Shown here in pieces: positions 41,047-55,433 of a DNA stretch of 64,000 nt. A program made the position numbers and the translations under genes. Source of the stretch: the human T2T-CHM13v2.0 reference genome, Homo sapiens; NCBI RefSeq assembly GCF_009914755.1, contig NC_060936.1; one strand, given 5' to 3'. The notes beneath the pieces are model-generated. The model ran no database searches. It was given only the letters and a program-made list of their open reading frames with translations, and was not told the origin of the DNA. The first letter of the stretch is position 1. The number at the start of each line of letters is the position of its first letter.

Positions 41047-41471
41047 ACCAGAGGAACAGCTTTCCTCCAGGTGAGATGAGCAAGTGCAAAGGCCCTGGGA
41101 CAGAAGCCAGCTTGGTGTGTACAGAACAGCAAGAAGACCAGGGTGGCTGAGCGGAGTGGGCAAAGAGGAGGAAGAGAGGAAGAGAATGCAATCTGAAGGT
41201 CACCAGGGGCCAGATCTTCTTGGCCAATGAAAAGTCTTTAGCTCTATGTGTGACAGGAGGCCAGCAAAGGGTTGTGAACAGAGGGATGTTGTGAAGAGAT
41301 TAGAAAGGATGGCTCTGGGGAGGGTATCTGTAGGAGAACAGGCACAGAAGCAGGGCCCCTTGGAGAAAATAATGCAACAACCCAGGCCAGCGCTAATGGT
41401 GACTTGCACTAGTACGGTAGTGCTGGAGGTGGTGAGAGGTGGTGGAATTGGTACATATTTTTTAATGTTAC

Positions 41472-41771
41472 TTTTTTTTTTGAGACAAAATCTCACTCTA
41501 TCACCCAGGCTGAAATACAGTGGCGGGATTATGGCTCACTGCAGCTTCAACCTCCTGGGCTCAAGCAATCCTCCCACCTCAGCCTTCTGAGTAGTTAGGA
41601 CTACAGGCACATGCCACCATACCCAAATAATTTTTTATTTTTTAAATTTTTTGTAGAGATTGAGTCTCCCTATGTTCCCCAGACTGGTCTCAAACTCCTG
41701 GCCTCAAGCAATCCTCCTGCTTCAGCCTCCCAAAGCACTGGGATTACAGGCATGATCCACTGCACCTGGCC
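41472..41771 (-). mobile_element. Alu (AluJ-like), first of a tandem pair
   Basis: Antisense dimer. Confidence 0.92.
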
Positions 41772-41781
41772 ACAATTTTAC

Positions 41782-42089
41782 TTTTTTTTTTTTTTTTTTT
41801 TAAGACAGGGTCTCACTCTGTTACCCAGACTGGTATACAGTGGTGTGATCACAGCTTACTGTAGCCTCAACATCTTGGGCTCAAGCAGTCCTCCCATCCC
41901 AGCCTCCCAAGTAGCTGGGACTAAAGGCGTGTACCACGACATCTGGCTAATTTTTGTTTGTTGTTGTTGTTTTGTAGATACGGGGTTGCACCATGTTGCC
42001 CAGGCTGGTCTTGACCGGGCCTCAAGCAATCCTCCCACCTCAGCCGCCCAAAGTGCCGGGATTACAGACATGAGCCACCACACCCAGCC
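41782..42089 (-). mobile_element. Alu (AluJ-like), second of the tandem pair, TSD aattttactttt
   Basis: Antisense dimer plus TSD. Confidence 0.92.
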
Positions 42090-42489
42090 AAAATTTTACT
42101 TTTAAATAGATTTCTCCATCAGGAAGCCCCAGATGAGATGATCTCCCTAAATGTTCATTGCGTACCCCATGATACTCTCTACTGTGATTATAACATTCAT
42201 CTCACTTATAATTATATGATCAACAGCTGGGCACTCTGAGACTGTAAGCCCCATGAGAACAGGGACCTTCTCTATTATGTTTTTCCCTGTAACCTTATCG
42301 CTTAGCAGTGCCTGGCCTGTGATAGTCCCTGAATAAGTTATTTTTTAGATGTTTCAATGAATGAATGAATGACTGTGACATAAGCATGGTGCCTCCCACA
42401 ACTGAAAATGCATAGCAAACAAGGGGTCAGGGAGCTGGTTGATTGGGTCTCAACCCTTGATGACTGACCATATCCTAATTTGTTTACAG

Positions 42490-42594
42490 CCTGTGGCTGC
42501 TCAGACCACGGACAGTGCGATGATGGCATCACGGGCTCCGGGCAGTGCCTCTGTGAAACGGGGTGGACAGGCCCCTCGTGTGACACTCAGGCAG
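42490..42594 (+). CDS. STAB2: STAB2 exon w23 (105 nt, 1-1): [10 protein letters not shown]...SCDTQA
   Basis: ttacag|CCTGTG ... GCAG|gtcagt. Confidence 0.95.
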
Positions 42595-43913
42595 GTCAGT
42601 CATGGGAGTGGTCAGCTGCTGGCAGCCCAGGGCTGCAGTGGACACTGCCAAGAGCATACAAGTGAGGTTGGGAGTCTGAGTGACATCTGAAAAAAGTGAC
42701 AAAGCAGGTCCATGTGGTAAAAGATAATTCAGATCTGTAGCCCCGGGCCTCAGGAGGATGGAGACTTGCAGTAAAACTAGATGAAAAGATTTAACTCAAA
42801 CCTATGAAACTAGCATGTCATCCTGTATGATTATAGGACCCACCTCAAGCACAGAATCCCAGGTTCAAGCAAGGACTGTGCCTTGTCTTGGTGATTTTGG
42901 GGCCCAGATGGGTACTGACACAGAGGCTGAGTGGTTTCATGGAAATCACTTTGAAGGCCCGAGACCAGGGTCTGACCCCTGGTTCTGCTACTTACTAGAT
43001 GAATGGCCTTAGAGAACCACACTCTCTGAGCCTTGACTTGCTTATCCTTAAAAAGAACTCCATGCTACACATTCTGCAACGCAAGGATTGCTGGCAGGGT
43101 CAGCGAGCATGGTTTTGAAGTTCCCAGTGTACGCAGATGCTCAAAACAAGCAGCTGCCATTATCACACTCATCATTTATAATCATTGTCATAGCTCGATC
43201 CTTACTAGGTGGTCAGTTTTCTGATGTCTCCTTTATACTCGAAGCCCTGTGTTCTGGTAGATCTGAAATGTGCTGGTTGAATTATCCATGTGAATGACTG
43301 TCATTTAATCCTCCCTGGGGTCACAGGGCATGGCGAGGCCCTACCTGTGGGCTTTAGCAACCTGAAGTTTCATGGGTTGCAGCAGTATGGCTAACTTGAG
43401 TTCCTCCTCCCTGTTCCTTCTGCCTCCTCCCTCCTCCCCTAAGCACTACATGGCCTCCTGCTGCCTGCATGCACTGTAAACCCAGCCAATACCAAAGCTC
43501 CAGGCTTCTCCCTAGCTCAGTGGTGCCCTCAGAAGGCCATGGAATTTCTCCTCCAATTTAACCATATCCATCGGGAACCCCTGTCCTTAGAGCCAGAGAG
43601 CTAATCTGCCAAGTTCATTCCTGCTAATAAGTTTTGTGGTATAAAGTTTTAATTGATAGCCCCTAAAGAACATTTTTTCTCATATAAATCTCAATGACAT
43701 TGCAGAGATCATGTCTTACTATAAAAGAGTAATTCTAGAATCCCAGAATCTCCAAGGCTAGAAAAGACCTTAGCAAATCACCCCATCTTCCTGCTGTACA
43801 GGGGCACTTATGAACACAGTGGTCGTCCAGAGAGAGTCTTGGAAAGTCTCCTTAGATGGGTTTTAACTCTTCACACCATGGGTACAGAATGAAAGTGGCC
43901 CCTTTCTTTGCAG

Positions 43914-44021
43914 TTTTGCCTGCAGTGTGTACGCCTCCTTGTTCTGCTCATGCCACCTGTAAGGAGAACAACACGTGTGAGTGTAACCTGGATTATGAAG
44001 GTGACGGAATCACATGCACAG
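43914..44021 (+). CDS. STAB2: STAB2 exon w24 (108 nt, 1-1): [10 protein letters not shown]...GITCT
   Basis: ttgcag|TTTTGC ... ACAG|gtaagc. Confidence 0.96.
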
Positions 44022-44188
44022 GTAAGCCACCTTTGTGCACAGGTGAAATAGCAGCGTGGTGTGGGAGAGGAGCAGGACTTGCTCACAGTGCCTGGGCTTC
44101 ATCCTAGCCCTCCTTCCTGTCTGGGCCACTTCAGCAGCACCTACCCTCTCTATGACTCAGTTTCTTTAATGGGTGTGCTCATGCTTGA

Positions 44189-44584
<396 letters not shown>

Positions 44585-44585
44585 T

Positions 44586-45390
44586 AGTAGTTAGGATATA
44601 GGTTCAGCCATACAGAGGCCCAAATGAACAGTGGCATAAATAAGGCAGATGTTTCCTATTGTCTCATATAACAGGTTGGAAGTATTCAGGGCTAATACAG
44701 TTTCACTCTGAAAGCTCATTTTGGGGGCTGAACTCCTTTTCTGAACTCCTTTTATCTTGTGGCTCTGCCATCGTTCACTCACCTCACCTGAGGTGGCCAA
44801 TACCATAAGCCCAGCCTGGACAGCAAGATGGAAGGAGAGGAAGGAGGCAAACCTCCTTCCCTTTAAGAATGCAAACTAGGAATTGTTAAAATCACATCTG
44901 CTCCCATCCCATTGGCTGGAATCTCATCATTGGTCATGCCTAGCTACAAGGGAACCTGGGAAATGTCGTCTTTTATTGGGCAACCATGAACCCACCTGAA
45001 AATCTATTATTACAGAAAAAAAGAGACTAGGCTGGGAGCAATGGCTCACACCTGTAATTCTAGCACTTTGGGAGGCCGGGGTGGGCAGATCACTTGAGGT
45101 CAGGAGTTTGAAACCAGCCTGGCCAACATGGTGAAACCCCATCTCTACTAAATCTACAAAAATTAGCCGGGCATGGTGACAGGTGCCTGTAATCCCAGCT
45201 ACTTGGGAGGCTGAGGCAGGAGAATCACCTGAACCCAGGAGGCAGAGGTTGCAGTGAGCTGAGATCAGGCCACTCTACTCTAGCCTGGGCAACAGAACAA
45301 GACTCTGTCTCCAAAAAAAAAAAAAAAAAAAGGGAAGAAGAAGAAGAAAACAGAGACTAGGTATTGAGGAAAAATCAGCAGTCTCAGCCA
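44586..45390 (-). mobile_element. MLT1J-like LTR interrupted by an Alu
   Basis: tagttaggatataggttcagc...atcacatctgctcccatcccattggctggaa...gctacaagggaacctgggaaatgtcgtctt. Confidence 0.55.
45030..45331 (+). mobile_element. Alu (AluS-like), TSD ~agagactag
   Basis: Dimer plus poly(A). Confidence 0.95.
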
Positions 45391-45901
45391 CATGTACTTT
45401 CTAATATTTTTCATGGATAAATATTCACAGAGATATATACTTTCTTTACACAAATTAGATCTTGCTATACCTGTTCTTTATTCAGCTACAAGGCATTCCA
45501 GAAGTGAGTCAGCATTCAACAATGGCAACAAAGACCTAGATTCTCTTTTCCCACCCTCCCATCCTTAGAATGAGTCTTCTTGTCCTTGTATTTATTCTTC
45601 CAGGGTCTCAAGTGGCTGCATAAATGCAGATGGCTTTTCAGCTACTCCTGAGGCTGGAGCTAATCTATCGTTGGGTCGATATTTGGGGGATCATAAAAAC
45701 AAAGGTTCTAAGAGGCAGCACAGTGAGGAAAGCATGGATTTTTGGAGGCAAACCAACCTGGGTTTAAATCTTCAGCCAGGCCACATTTTAGCTGTTTTAG
45801 CTTTGTCAGGTCAGTTAAGCTGAGTCTCAGTTTGTTCATCTACAGAATGGGGACAACAATGTCTATCTCACAGGGTGCTCAATATTGTACTAACTCTACA
45901 C

Positions 45902-45940
45902 CACACACACACACACACATACACACACACACACACACAC
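45902..45940. repeat. (CA)n microsatellite with one TA interruption
   Basis: Direct. Confidence 0.95.
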
Positions 45941-46243
45941 TGTCCTAACATTAAAAATCCAAATTTATTCTGAAAACTGATACCAAAGTCAAGCCTGGAG
46001 GTATATGACAAAGGGGGCAGAAGCGGACAGATGTCATCAGGCTGCATCTATGAGGGTGTCACAAAAATATTCATGTTGCAAAGGCCAGCACAGAGGCCAC
46101 AGGGCATGGAGAGAGAAGCACGAACACGCAGGGGCCCATTTACTCACCCAACACCACTAGTGCTGTGGTGCCCCATACCCTGACCTGAAGCCCTAGTTCC
46201 ACAGAAGGTGGTAAGTTGAGCCCTCTCTCCTCTGCTCTTGCAG

Positions 46244-46437
46244 TTGTGGATTTCTGCAAACAGGACAACGGGGGCTGTGCAAAGGTGGCCAGATGCTCCC
46301 AGAAGGGCACGAAGGTCTCCTGCAGCTGCCAGAAGGGATACAAAGGGGACGGGCACAGCTGCACAGAGATAGACCCCTGTGCAGACGGCCTTAACGGAGG
46401 GTGTCACGAGCACGCCACCTGTAAGATGACAGGCCCG
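46244..46437 (+). CDS. STAB2: STAB2 exon w25 (194 nt, 1-0): [12 protein letters not shown]...CKMTGP
   Basis: ttgcag|TTGTGG ... GGCCCG|gtgagt. Confidence 0.96.
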
Positions 46438-46828
46438 GTGAGTCGCTCTTTCCCAGGGAAATTTGGGAGCAGCGCCGTGGGCTTCGCTCCTCCTTGCCTT
46501 TCCACCTCCCATACTCTGCTTATCTCCTGGACTCTTCCTAAACATTTTTTCTAGCACAGTCTGTTTCTTGTTAAAAGTCATTGGGCTAAATGCAAGGTAG
46601 TCCCCTAGGCAGAAAAAGGACGTCCATGGAAAACTGGTTAAATTCTTAAGTGTATTGCTTAGTTAACAGTAATGTACCAACATTAATTTCTTAGCTCTGA
46701 CTAATGTGCTATAGTTATGTTGGACATCAGGGGAAAGTGGGTAGAGAGTATAGGAGAGTTTGCTCTTTGGCCACCCTTCTATCTATCTAAAATTATCCTA
46801 AATAAAAGGCTTATTAAAACAAAAAGCT

Positions 46829-47347
<519 letters not shown>

Positions 47348-47853
47348 TCATAGAGTTGTTGTGGGTATTAAAGGAGATCATTCATTGATTCAACCAGTGG
47401 TCATTGTGCACCTACTATGTGCTCTTGCAGGTCCCAGGGTTACAACAAAAAGACAGAGTCCCTGCTTTCCTGGTGCTTGTGCACAAGTAGAGAGAGGGGG
47501 CAATGCACTGTACAGAAACAAATGCATGGAATTTTTTCAGAGAGCACAAGGAGCCCTGTGAAGAACATAAATCAGGCCAATGTGATAGAAGGGAATGGAA
47601 AAGCTACTTATGTAGGGTGGTCAGGGAGGCTGTCTCTGAGGAAGTCACATTTGAACTGAGATGTAAAGGATGAGGTTTCATCATAAGCCTGCATAAAAGC
47701 AGGACGTAGCAGTTATTCCCACTGGACAGGAAAGGCACGTTCTCTTGGTCCATCTGAACACCTCCTAGGCTGGACATTGGTCCCATGGGCACTTGGGCAT
47801 CCTGGGGTCCTAGAGAAGGAACTTTTTCATCTCTTCCCACTCTCCCTCCACAG

Positions 47854-47995
47854 GGCAAGCACAAGTGTGAGTGTAAAAGTCACTATGTCGGAGATGGGCT
47901 GAACTGTGAGCCGGAGCAGCTGCCCATTGACCGCTGCTTACAGGACAATGGGCAGTGCCATGCAGACGCCAAATGTGTCGACCTCCACTTCCAGG
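47854..47995 (+). CDS. STAB2: STAB2 exon w26 (142 nt, 0-1): GKHKCECK...CVDLHFQ
   Basis: ccacag|GGCAAG ... CAGG|gttagt. Confidence 0.95.
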
Positions 47996-48083
47996 GTTAG
48001 TGTGACCAGGGCCTATGGCCCAAAGCACCCTCCTCTTCAGGCCTGGGGAAGGGACCCTCAAGGGAAAGAAGAAAAACAAAACA

Positions 48084-48271
48084 GGCCAAGCCTGGTGGCT
48101 CAAGCCTGTAATCCCAATACTTTGGGAGGCCAAGGCAGATGGATCACTTGAGGTCAGGAGTTGGAGACCAGCCCGGCCAACATGGCAAAACCCCATCTCT
48201 ACTAAAAATACAAAAAATCAGCCGGTTGTGGCAGTGCGCGCCTGTAATCCCAGCTACTTGGGAGGCTGAGG
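48084..48271 (+). mobile_element. 3'-truncated Alu
   Basis: Left arm plus start of right arm. Confidence 0.9.
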
Positions 48272-50494
48272 AAAGCGAAAAGCCACATAGAAGTGCAGAG
48301 GCATGGGCAATAGGACATCTTGAAACCCAACGGAGGAAGCCAGAAAGGACCCACAAACATAGTTCCTAGCCAAGGCAGAGGGACTTCAGTGGTTCAGAAA
48401 GTGACTCAGGGCACTGCACTTTATGGCTAATCAGTATGTACTGGATCTCTCCAGGGTTGGGTTTGTTTGACAGATGTGGTCTCTGGTGGAGACTTCCTGG
48501 AGGCTTGAATTGGGCTAGAGGAGCTAGCAAGCCATTTCTGCTGGCCAGGACAGCATGGCCAGGAGAGAATGATCAAGGGTCAGCTGAGAAGGATGAAGCC
48601 ATGAGGAAGACACATGAAGGCTGTGACCCCCTAGTGGCAGGGTCTGTACTGAGGAGTGAGATGAGGTTGAAAGAACTAACAATGGACACAGAATAGAGAA
48701 AAGGAAAGGCTCAGCCATGACATAAAGTTTCCATCCTGAGACCAAATGCAGTGGTGGTGCTGGGTTAAAGCAGCTGGGGAGGGAAGGTGACGAGAGGTTT
48801 GAAAGCTTGGTTGGGGATATTCTATGGTCTAGGTACAGGGGCACTTCCAAGCAGAAAGATTTTATGGGCAGTTGCTACTTAGCATGGGGATAAAAATGCA
48901 CAGCTGGGACCAGCTGATTTGGAAGTTATTTGCCCCTGGGACTGTGAAGTCAAGAAGAGCTTGGCTTTTTCTTTAGGACACAGTTCATTCAGCCTGTCCC
49001 ACCTGTTCCCAAAGCCCACTTCCAAGTGGAAATCTACCCAGCTCATAGAGTGTGGTCCAGCTTCTCCCATGGGCTTTTCTCTTCTGTTTTCTTATGAATG
49101 CCAAGAAAATGTTGGCAGTGATACTAAGTGACTGTGCATCACGTTGGACCTCCCTTCTGTTGGAGCTGTGTGGTTACCATTAGCTTGGGAGAATGCCCCA
49201 GCTTTCCCTATAGGCACAGTTACAGAACCATCCCACATTCAGGAGGAAGCGCCTGCCCTCACACAGTTCATAGGAGGGCAAACTGCCTTCATGATTTGCA
49301 GCCGATTTGGTAATGTGTGCAGCAGACAGCCTTAAAATAACTCATACTGAGACCTGATGGTTCCGTTTCCAGGACCCCATCCTACAGAAATAATCTGAGA
49401 ATTGAAAAAAGATAAGCATACCCATCCCACCATTATTTAACATCACAGAAAATTAGAAATAACATATATATCTAATAGTAAATGATGATAAAATATATTG
49501 ATATACATCTACTCAAATTCATTGTAAGGTATTTTGTTGTCTCAATAAAGAGACAAGGAACACTTTTCCATACTTCTCCAAGCTGTTAAATTGGTGTTTG
49601 CATTTCAGATATGGCCAAGATCATTTGACTTACGCACTGTGCTACTGAAATATGTTCAAACGAGAAAAACTTAGTCTTCTTTGGTGTAGAAAGTATCATT
49701 TTTGTGGCATTATACAATGAACTTGACAATATAAAAATGTGACTTGCTTCTTGAACTATTGCTGGTGTCTGCACTGAATTGTTTGGTTAGGAAAGGTATC
49801 AGCTATGAACCAATGATAAAAATCTTCCAGTATCTTAGGGGGAAATGAATTTTTAAAACTTTTTTAAAAAGCACAGCAGGGGTCAGAAAACACACAGCCC
49901 TGGGCAGAAACTCACTTTAATGTGTTTTTTATAGCTGTAAAGGTCACAACAAATTTTTCAATTATAAATATGGGGAGGAGGAGAAAATCATGTTACCAGA
50001 GAAATTTTATAATTTTGGGATATAATTATGATTTAATGTTGTTTTAAAAAGATTTATGAAAACTACATCGGCAGTATGCTACCACATTTAGAGTATATAT
50101 AACATGAATAAATAGGAAAGAAGATTGAAAGAATGTCAAATTATATCAAATTAAAAATTTACCAAAAAATAAAGTAAAATTCTAGAAGGAAATGCACCAA
50201 AATGTTAGCCATGGAGTAATGATTATTTCTGGAGAATAGAATTGTAGGTGGTTTTTGCTTATGTTTTTACTTTTCTGTATTGCCCTAATTTCTACAATGA
50301 ACATATGCTAGTTTTATAGTTAGAAAAGAAATATTTTAAATGATGTACTTCAACATAACTTGAAGGGAAAGTGGCTTCTGGAGACACCCTGGGGTATAGC
50401 TGGCCTTCATTTTGAAAGTCCTTCAGAGTCCATTGTTGGAAACACTGCCAACCTGGTGGGCTGACCTGGGCGATTCCTCCTCTTCCTCATCCAG

Positions 50495-50628
50495 ATACCA
50501 CTGTTGGGGTGTTCCATCTACGCTCCCCACTGGGCCAGTATAAGCTGACCTTTGACAAAGCCAGAGAGGCCTGTGCCAACGAAGCTGCGACCATGGCAAC
50601 CTACAACCAGCTCTCCTATGCCCAGAAG
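50495..50628 (+). CDS. STAB2: STAB2 exon w27 (134 nt, 1-0): [12 protein letters not shown]...LSYAQK, Link module N-half
   Basis: atccag|ATACCA ... CAGAAG|gtgggt; GVFHL..YKLTF..A.EAC Link signature. Confidence 0.96.
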
Positions 50629-51821
50629 GTGGGTCTTCAGTTAGCAGATTCTGTGCAGACAGAGTCTGCAGGGGCGGAAGTGCAGCCCTTTCTTAAGATG
50701 GGGGAGACTTGAGCTGTTGCCTTCAAGCAAGGGAGTGCAGGTAGCTCCTGGAACAATGCTAACAGTCACCATGTCCATTTATTGGGCATCTATTATGTGT
50801 CAGGGACTGTGCAGGGTACTTCGTGGATATTATTGTTCATCCTTACAACATCTCTGAAGGCAGAGCAGGTGTTACTTACTATTCCCATTTTACAGATAGG
50901 GAAACTGAGGCTTAGAAAGTTTAAGTACAGTGCCTGATGTCACCCAGCCAAGAGGTGGCAGATCCAATATTTAAGGGTAGACCTGACTCTTAAAAGTCTA
51001 TTTCAACCATGACATTCAACTGCCAAGGCAGAAGTGGAGACTGGAAGTGCATCCCTCACAGCTGGAAACCAGAAAGACAGCAATACCCACGAGCCTAGGG
51101 TGGATCTCCCCGAACCCACAAAACAGTGGAGTTTCCCTGGAATAGCTGGGGCTCTCTCTGGCTGGAGGGACTGTGAAAAGAAAAAAGAGACTGCACAAGC
51201 TTTCAGATATGGCAGGAAGGAAACGGAGCTCTTTGATCAGGTGCTGCTCTCTTAACCTCTAAAACTAGAAGTCCTACCCATTTGGAAAAGCTAGCAGGTT
51301 GGAGTTCCAGGCTGGTGGTTTATCACTGGGAGCAGAGGAGATGAATGCCTAGTACGTATGATTTTAAAGCCCCTTCTCCAACCTCCATCACTAACAAATC
51401 TCTACTTTTTCAGACCTGGTATTCCTTTACCAAGGAATAAAGCCTTTGATGCCAGGACCCAGACTCAAGGAGAATCTGAATCTCTGCTCTCCTGCTTGCT
51501 GGTCATGTGGCCTTGATATCAAGCCACTAAAATCTCTGACTTACCTGGAATGTTTGTGGAAGGACTAAATGTAATATGGCACACAGTAGGAACTCAATTT
51601 TTAAGATTATTAAAAGATCTGGAATAGTAGACCACCTGGGTTTGAATGCCAGTTGCCAGCTGTGTGACTTTGAGCAAGTTACTTCTCTTTGCCTCAATTT
51701 TCTCAATTGTATAAGGATTTAAAACGTTCCCACCTCATAGGGTTGATTGAGAGTTAAAGGTGTTGACACATGAAAAACTCTTGCAAGAGAACCTGACCCC
51801 AGATAAGCTCCCAATAAGTCT

Positions 51822-51927
51822 TATGATGATGATGGTGGTTGTGGTGATTATGATAATGGTGGTGGTGATGATGGGGAGGATGACAATAATTATAATAACG
51901 ATGAGAGCAATGATGATATTATGATGA
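51822..51927. repeat. (ATG/GTG/ATA)n low-complexity trinucleotide tract
   Basis: Direct; MIR-tail-like context. Confidence 0.8.
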
Positions 51928-51942
51928 AGAATTAGAGTTCTA

Positions 51943-52236
51943 GGCCAGGCGTGGTGACTCACGCCTGTAATCCCAGCACTTTGGGAGCCAGAGGCGGGTG
52001 GATCACTTGAGGTCAGGAGTTTAAGACCAGCCTGATCATGGAGAAACCCAATCTCTACTAAAATACAAAAATTAGCTGCACATGGTGGTGCACACCTGTA
52101 ATCCTAGCTACCCAGGAGGTTGAGACAGGAGAATTGCTTAAACTTGGGAAATGGAGGTTGCAATGAGCCAAGATCATGCCACTGCCCTTTAGCCTGGGTG
52201 ACAGAGCAAGACTCCACCTCAAAAAAAAAAAAAAAA
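51943..52236 (+). mobile_element. Alu (AluS-like), TSD aatt(a/t)gagttcta, in the intron splitting the Link module
   Basis: Dimer plus TSD. Confidence 0.94.
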
Positions 52237-52576
52237 TTTGAGTTCTATCATCAGAGTTCTACCAACCCATTAGCAGAAAAATTTGCACCTAGTATCAATG
52301 GATGACAGCAAATTCTTTCTCAAGAGCAGAGAGAAGAGAAATGAGTATGAAAGACCTGGGCACCTACAAGAAAGAGAGGACACTTTTGTTCACCCAGTGG
52401 CTCAATCAATCAGTCAACATCTAATGACCACCTACTGTGTGCCAGGCACAGAGGTGCAATAGGCAAAGTGAGACTTTATGGGTTTTATGGCCTAATAGGG
52501 GAATCAGACATTAACCAAATGATGCCACAACACATGAACTTGCAGCTGACCCATGGCCCTGTCTGTATCCCTGCAG

Positions 52577-52742
52577 GCCAAGTACCACCTGTGCTCAGCA
52601 GGCTGGCTGGAGACCGGGCGGGTTGCCTACCCCACAGCCTTCGCCTCCCAGAACTGTGGCTCTGGTGTGGTTGGGATAGTGGACTATGGACCTAGACCCA
52701 ACAAGAGTGAAATGTGGGATGTCTTCTGCTATCGGATGAAAG
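52577..52742 (+). CDS. STAB2: STAB2 exon w28 (166 nt, 0-1): [11 protein letters not shown]...WDVFCYRMK, Link module C-half
   Basis: ctgcag|GCCAAG ... AAAG|gtaact; CSAGWL...DVFCY Link signature; NKS sequon. Confidence 0.96.
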
Positions 52743-52886
52743 GTAACTGCCCCAGCTACACTTCAGGTTCTGGGCCACACAGCTGCTGAGCAATCCTCAG
52801 CCTGGCCAGTCACTCCCCAAGCAGAAGCAGTGCAGCCCTGGCCCCTGCCTTACTTGTGTGGGACCCTGTGTGCCTCTGCCCTCCAG

Positions 52887-52993
52887 ATGTGAACTGCACC
52901 TGCAAGGTGGGCTATGTGGGAGATGGCTTCTCATGCAGTGGGAACCTGCTGCAGGTCCTGATGTCCTTCCCCTCACTCACAAACTTCCTGACG
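52887..52993 (+). CDS. STAB2: STAB2 exon w29 (107 nt, 1-0): [17 protein letters not shown]...TNFLT
   Basis: ctccag|ATGTGA ... CTGACG|gtatgt; 144-nt upstream intron. Confidence 0.95.
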
Positions 52994-54268
52994 GTATGTA
53001 CCATGTCTGCTTGGTTTGCCTCAGGCAGGGAGGGGTTGCCTCAAAGCAGGTATTAGAGGGGTGAGGCCTTAAGCTGAAGGCCACAGTCACAGTTAAGAGC
53101 ATGGGTGCTGGACCACCTTGCCTGAATCTAAAGCCTAGTTTTGCCACTCACTTGTAAAACCTTAAAGAAGTTACTTTCCTCTCTGGGACTCAATTTCCTC
53201 ATCTATAAAATGGAGATGGTAGTAGCATCAACCATGTAGGGTCATTGTGATCATTAAATGAGTTAATAGTTGTGAAGCATTTAGACCTGTGGTCTGTACA
53301 TGGAAAATTCTATGTTCTTGTGAGCTGGTATTATCATCTCTGTTTGTATGTGGAACAGTTTAAGAGCATGATCTACACAAATGAGACACTCTTTAATCCT
53401 CTTCATGGATGTAGTTAGCTAAGCCTGCCTGGTGATCACCCAGTGAGCCAAATTAACATGGAGTCAATTTGCGTCTTGCACTGCACTTAAAGTCATGTCA
53501 ATATTCTACAAGTCATATCCAGCGAAGAGAAAGCCTCATCTGGAGAAAGGTTTGGTGCTGACTGATCAAAGAACTGACCTAACAGTAATAATGACAACAA
53601 CAGTAATAACAGCTAACATTTCTTGAGCATTTAAGAGGACATTTCATTCAAGCCATAGAATGTAAGTTCCATAAGGGAAAGGATTTTCTTTGCCTTGACC
53701 ACCATTGTCTCCCCAAACCCTCAGATAGCAGGTGGCACATGACAGGTGCTCCATAAATACTTGTTAGAAGGACTAAATCCTCCTGCAACTGTATAAGGCC
53801 ACTTCTATATCCACGTTTTAGATGAAGAAACTGAGGCTTAGCAAGGCCAAGGACACAGCCTAACTCATCAGAGCTGGGCTCAATCTCAGACTGCCTGGTT
53901 CCAGCCTCCCCCTCATGCTTTCGAGTACGGAACAAGGACAGCCTGGGCCACTGTTCCGAGTAGAATCTACAGTCAGTGACCGCAGGAGGAAAGGGCACTG
54001 AGCATGAGTATAGGGCTTGTAGGATCCATGTGGAAGTTAGACCAAGGACCCCAAAATGGAGTCTCTGTCCACAGACCAAAGATATCCATCTCACTGGTGT
54101 AAAAATCAGGACCACCATTAAATACACTAGAGATGAACACCCACACTAATCTTTCTGCTGTGTGGGAGCCTGGCTTACAACAGCATTTCAAAGAAAAGAC
54201 GGTGTCAGAACAAAACATTTTCAGCAAATTACCTACCTTCTCTGGGCCTCAGTAGCCCAGAAGGAGGG

Positions 54269-54651
<383 letters not shown>

Positions 54652-54659
54652 TGATCAGT

Positions 54660-55230
54660 GAATATTTAGCACTTACCATGTGCTTGAGATATATCAGTGA
54701 ACAAGCAAGCAAACAATAAATGGAACAAACACGTCAATAGTATTGAGTGCTAGAAGATGATAGATCCAGATCCTATGGAAAAAGTGGAGCAGGGCTTGGG
54801 GGGCACCCCAGGGTCCCCCTTCTGTCTGAAGTGATGGGGGAAGGCTTTGGGGAGAAAGTGACATGTAAGCAAAGTGTAAACAGGGGAGAGGGAGTGAGCC
54901 ATGCAGACTTAGGGGAAGAACATTCCAGGCAGAAGGAACAGTCCAACAAAGGATGAGCAGCAGGAGCGTGCCAGGCAAGTCTGAGGAAGAGCAGGGAGGC
55001 CCCATATGGCTGGAACAGAGTGAGCAAGAGAGGACAAGCTAGGCCTGGGGTCAGAGATGCAACAGCAGCCACATGCTTTGGGCCTCGTGAGCTGTTATGA
55101 AGACTTGGACTGTTCCTCTGAGTGAAGTGGGGGGCCACTGCAGGATTTTGAGAAGACTCGAGATTTGATGCACCTTTCAAAGGGCTGCTCAAGCAGCCAC
55201 GTGGAGGATGGGCTGTGACGTGGCTGTGTC
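54660..55230 (-). mobile_element. L2 LINE fragment
   Basis: gagaaagtgacatgtaagc...ggaagaacattccaggcagaaggaacag antisense L2 motif. Confidence 0.6.
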
Positions 55231-55433
55231 TTAAACCATAGGATTCACTGAGGAAAGGAAAAGTCCTCAAACTCTCCCACGGCACAGGCAGAAGACACAG
55301 CAAAGGAGCAGCAGGCTGAGTTGGCTCACACCATGAATATTCACAGATGGGTGATGCCCTGGGACCTTCTTCAGCCACCCAGGTCCCTGCACACCAGGGC
55401 TGGCCCCTCTGATGACTTCCTTCTTCTCCCCAG

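Noticed and set aside
41611-42105. 164-aa ORF and other Alu-spanning ORFs (25440, 44225, 46889, 57502, 61271)
   Set aside because: These are typical Alu translations (LTLLPRL..., PPASASQ...), not genes.
42588-42600. Second possible GC donor (CAG|gcaggt) in w23
   Set aside because: A canonical GT 4 nt downstream keeps the frame; the GC site would frameshift.
54773-55378. Longest ORF in the track (201 aa, minus strand)
   Set aside because: It overlaps an L2 fragment, has low-complexity P/S/L composition, and shows no domain or splice support.
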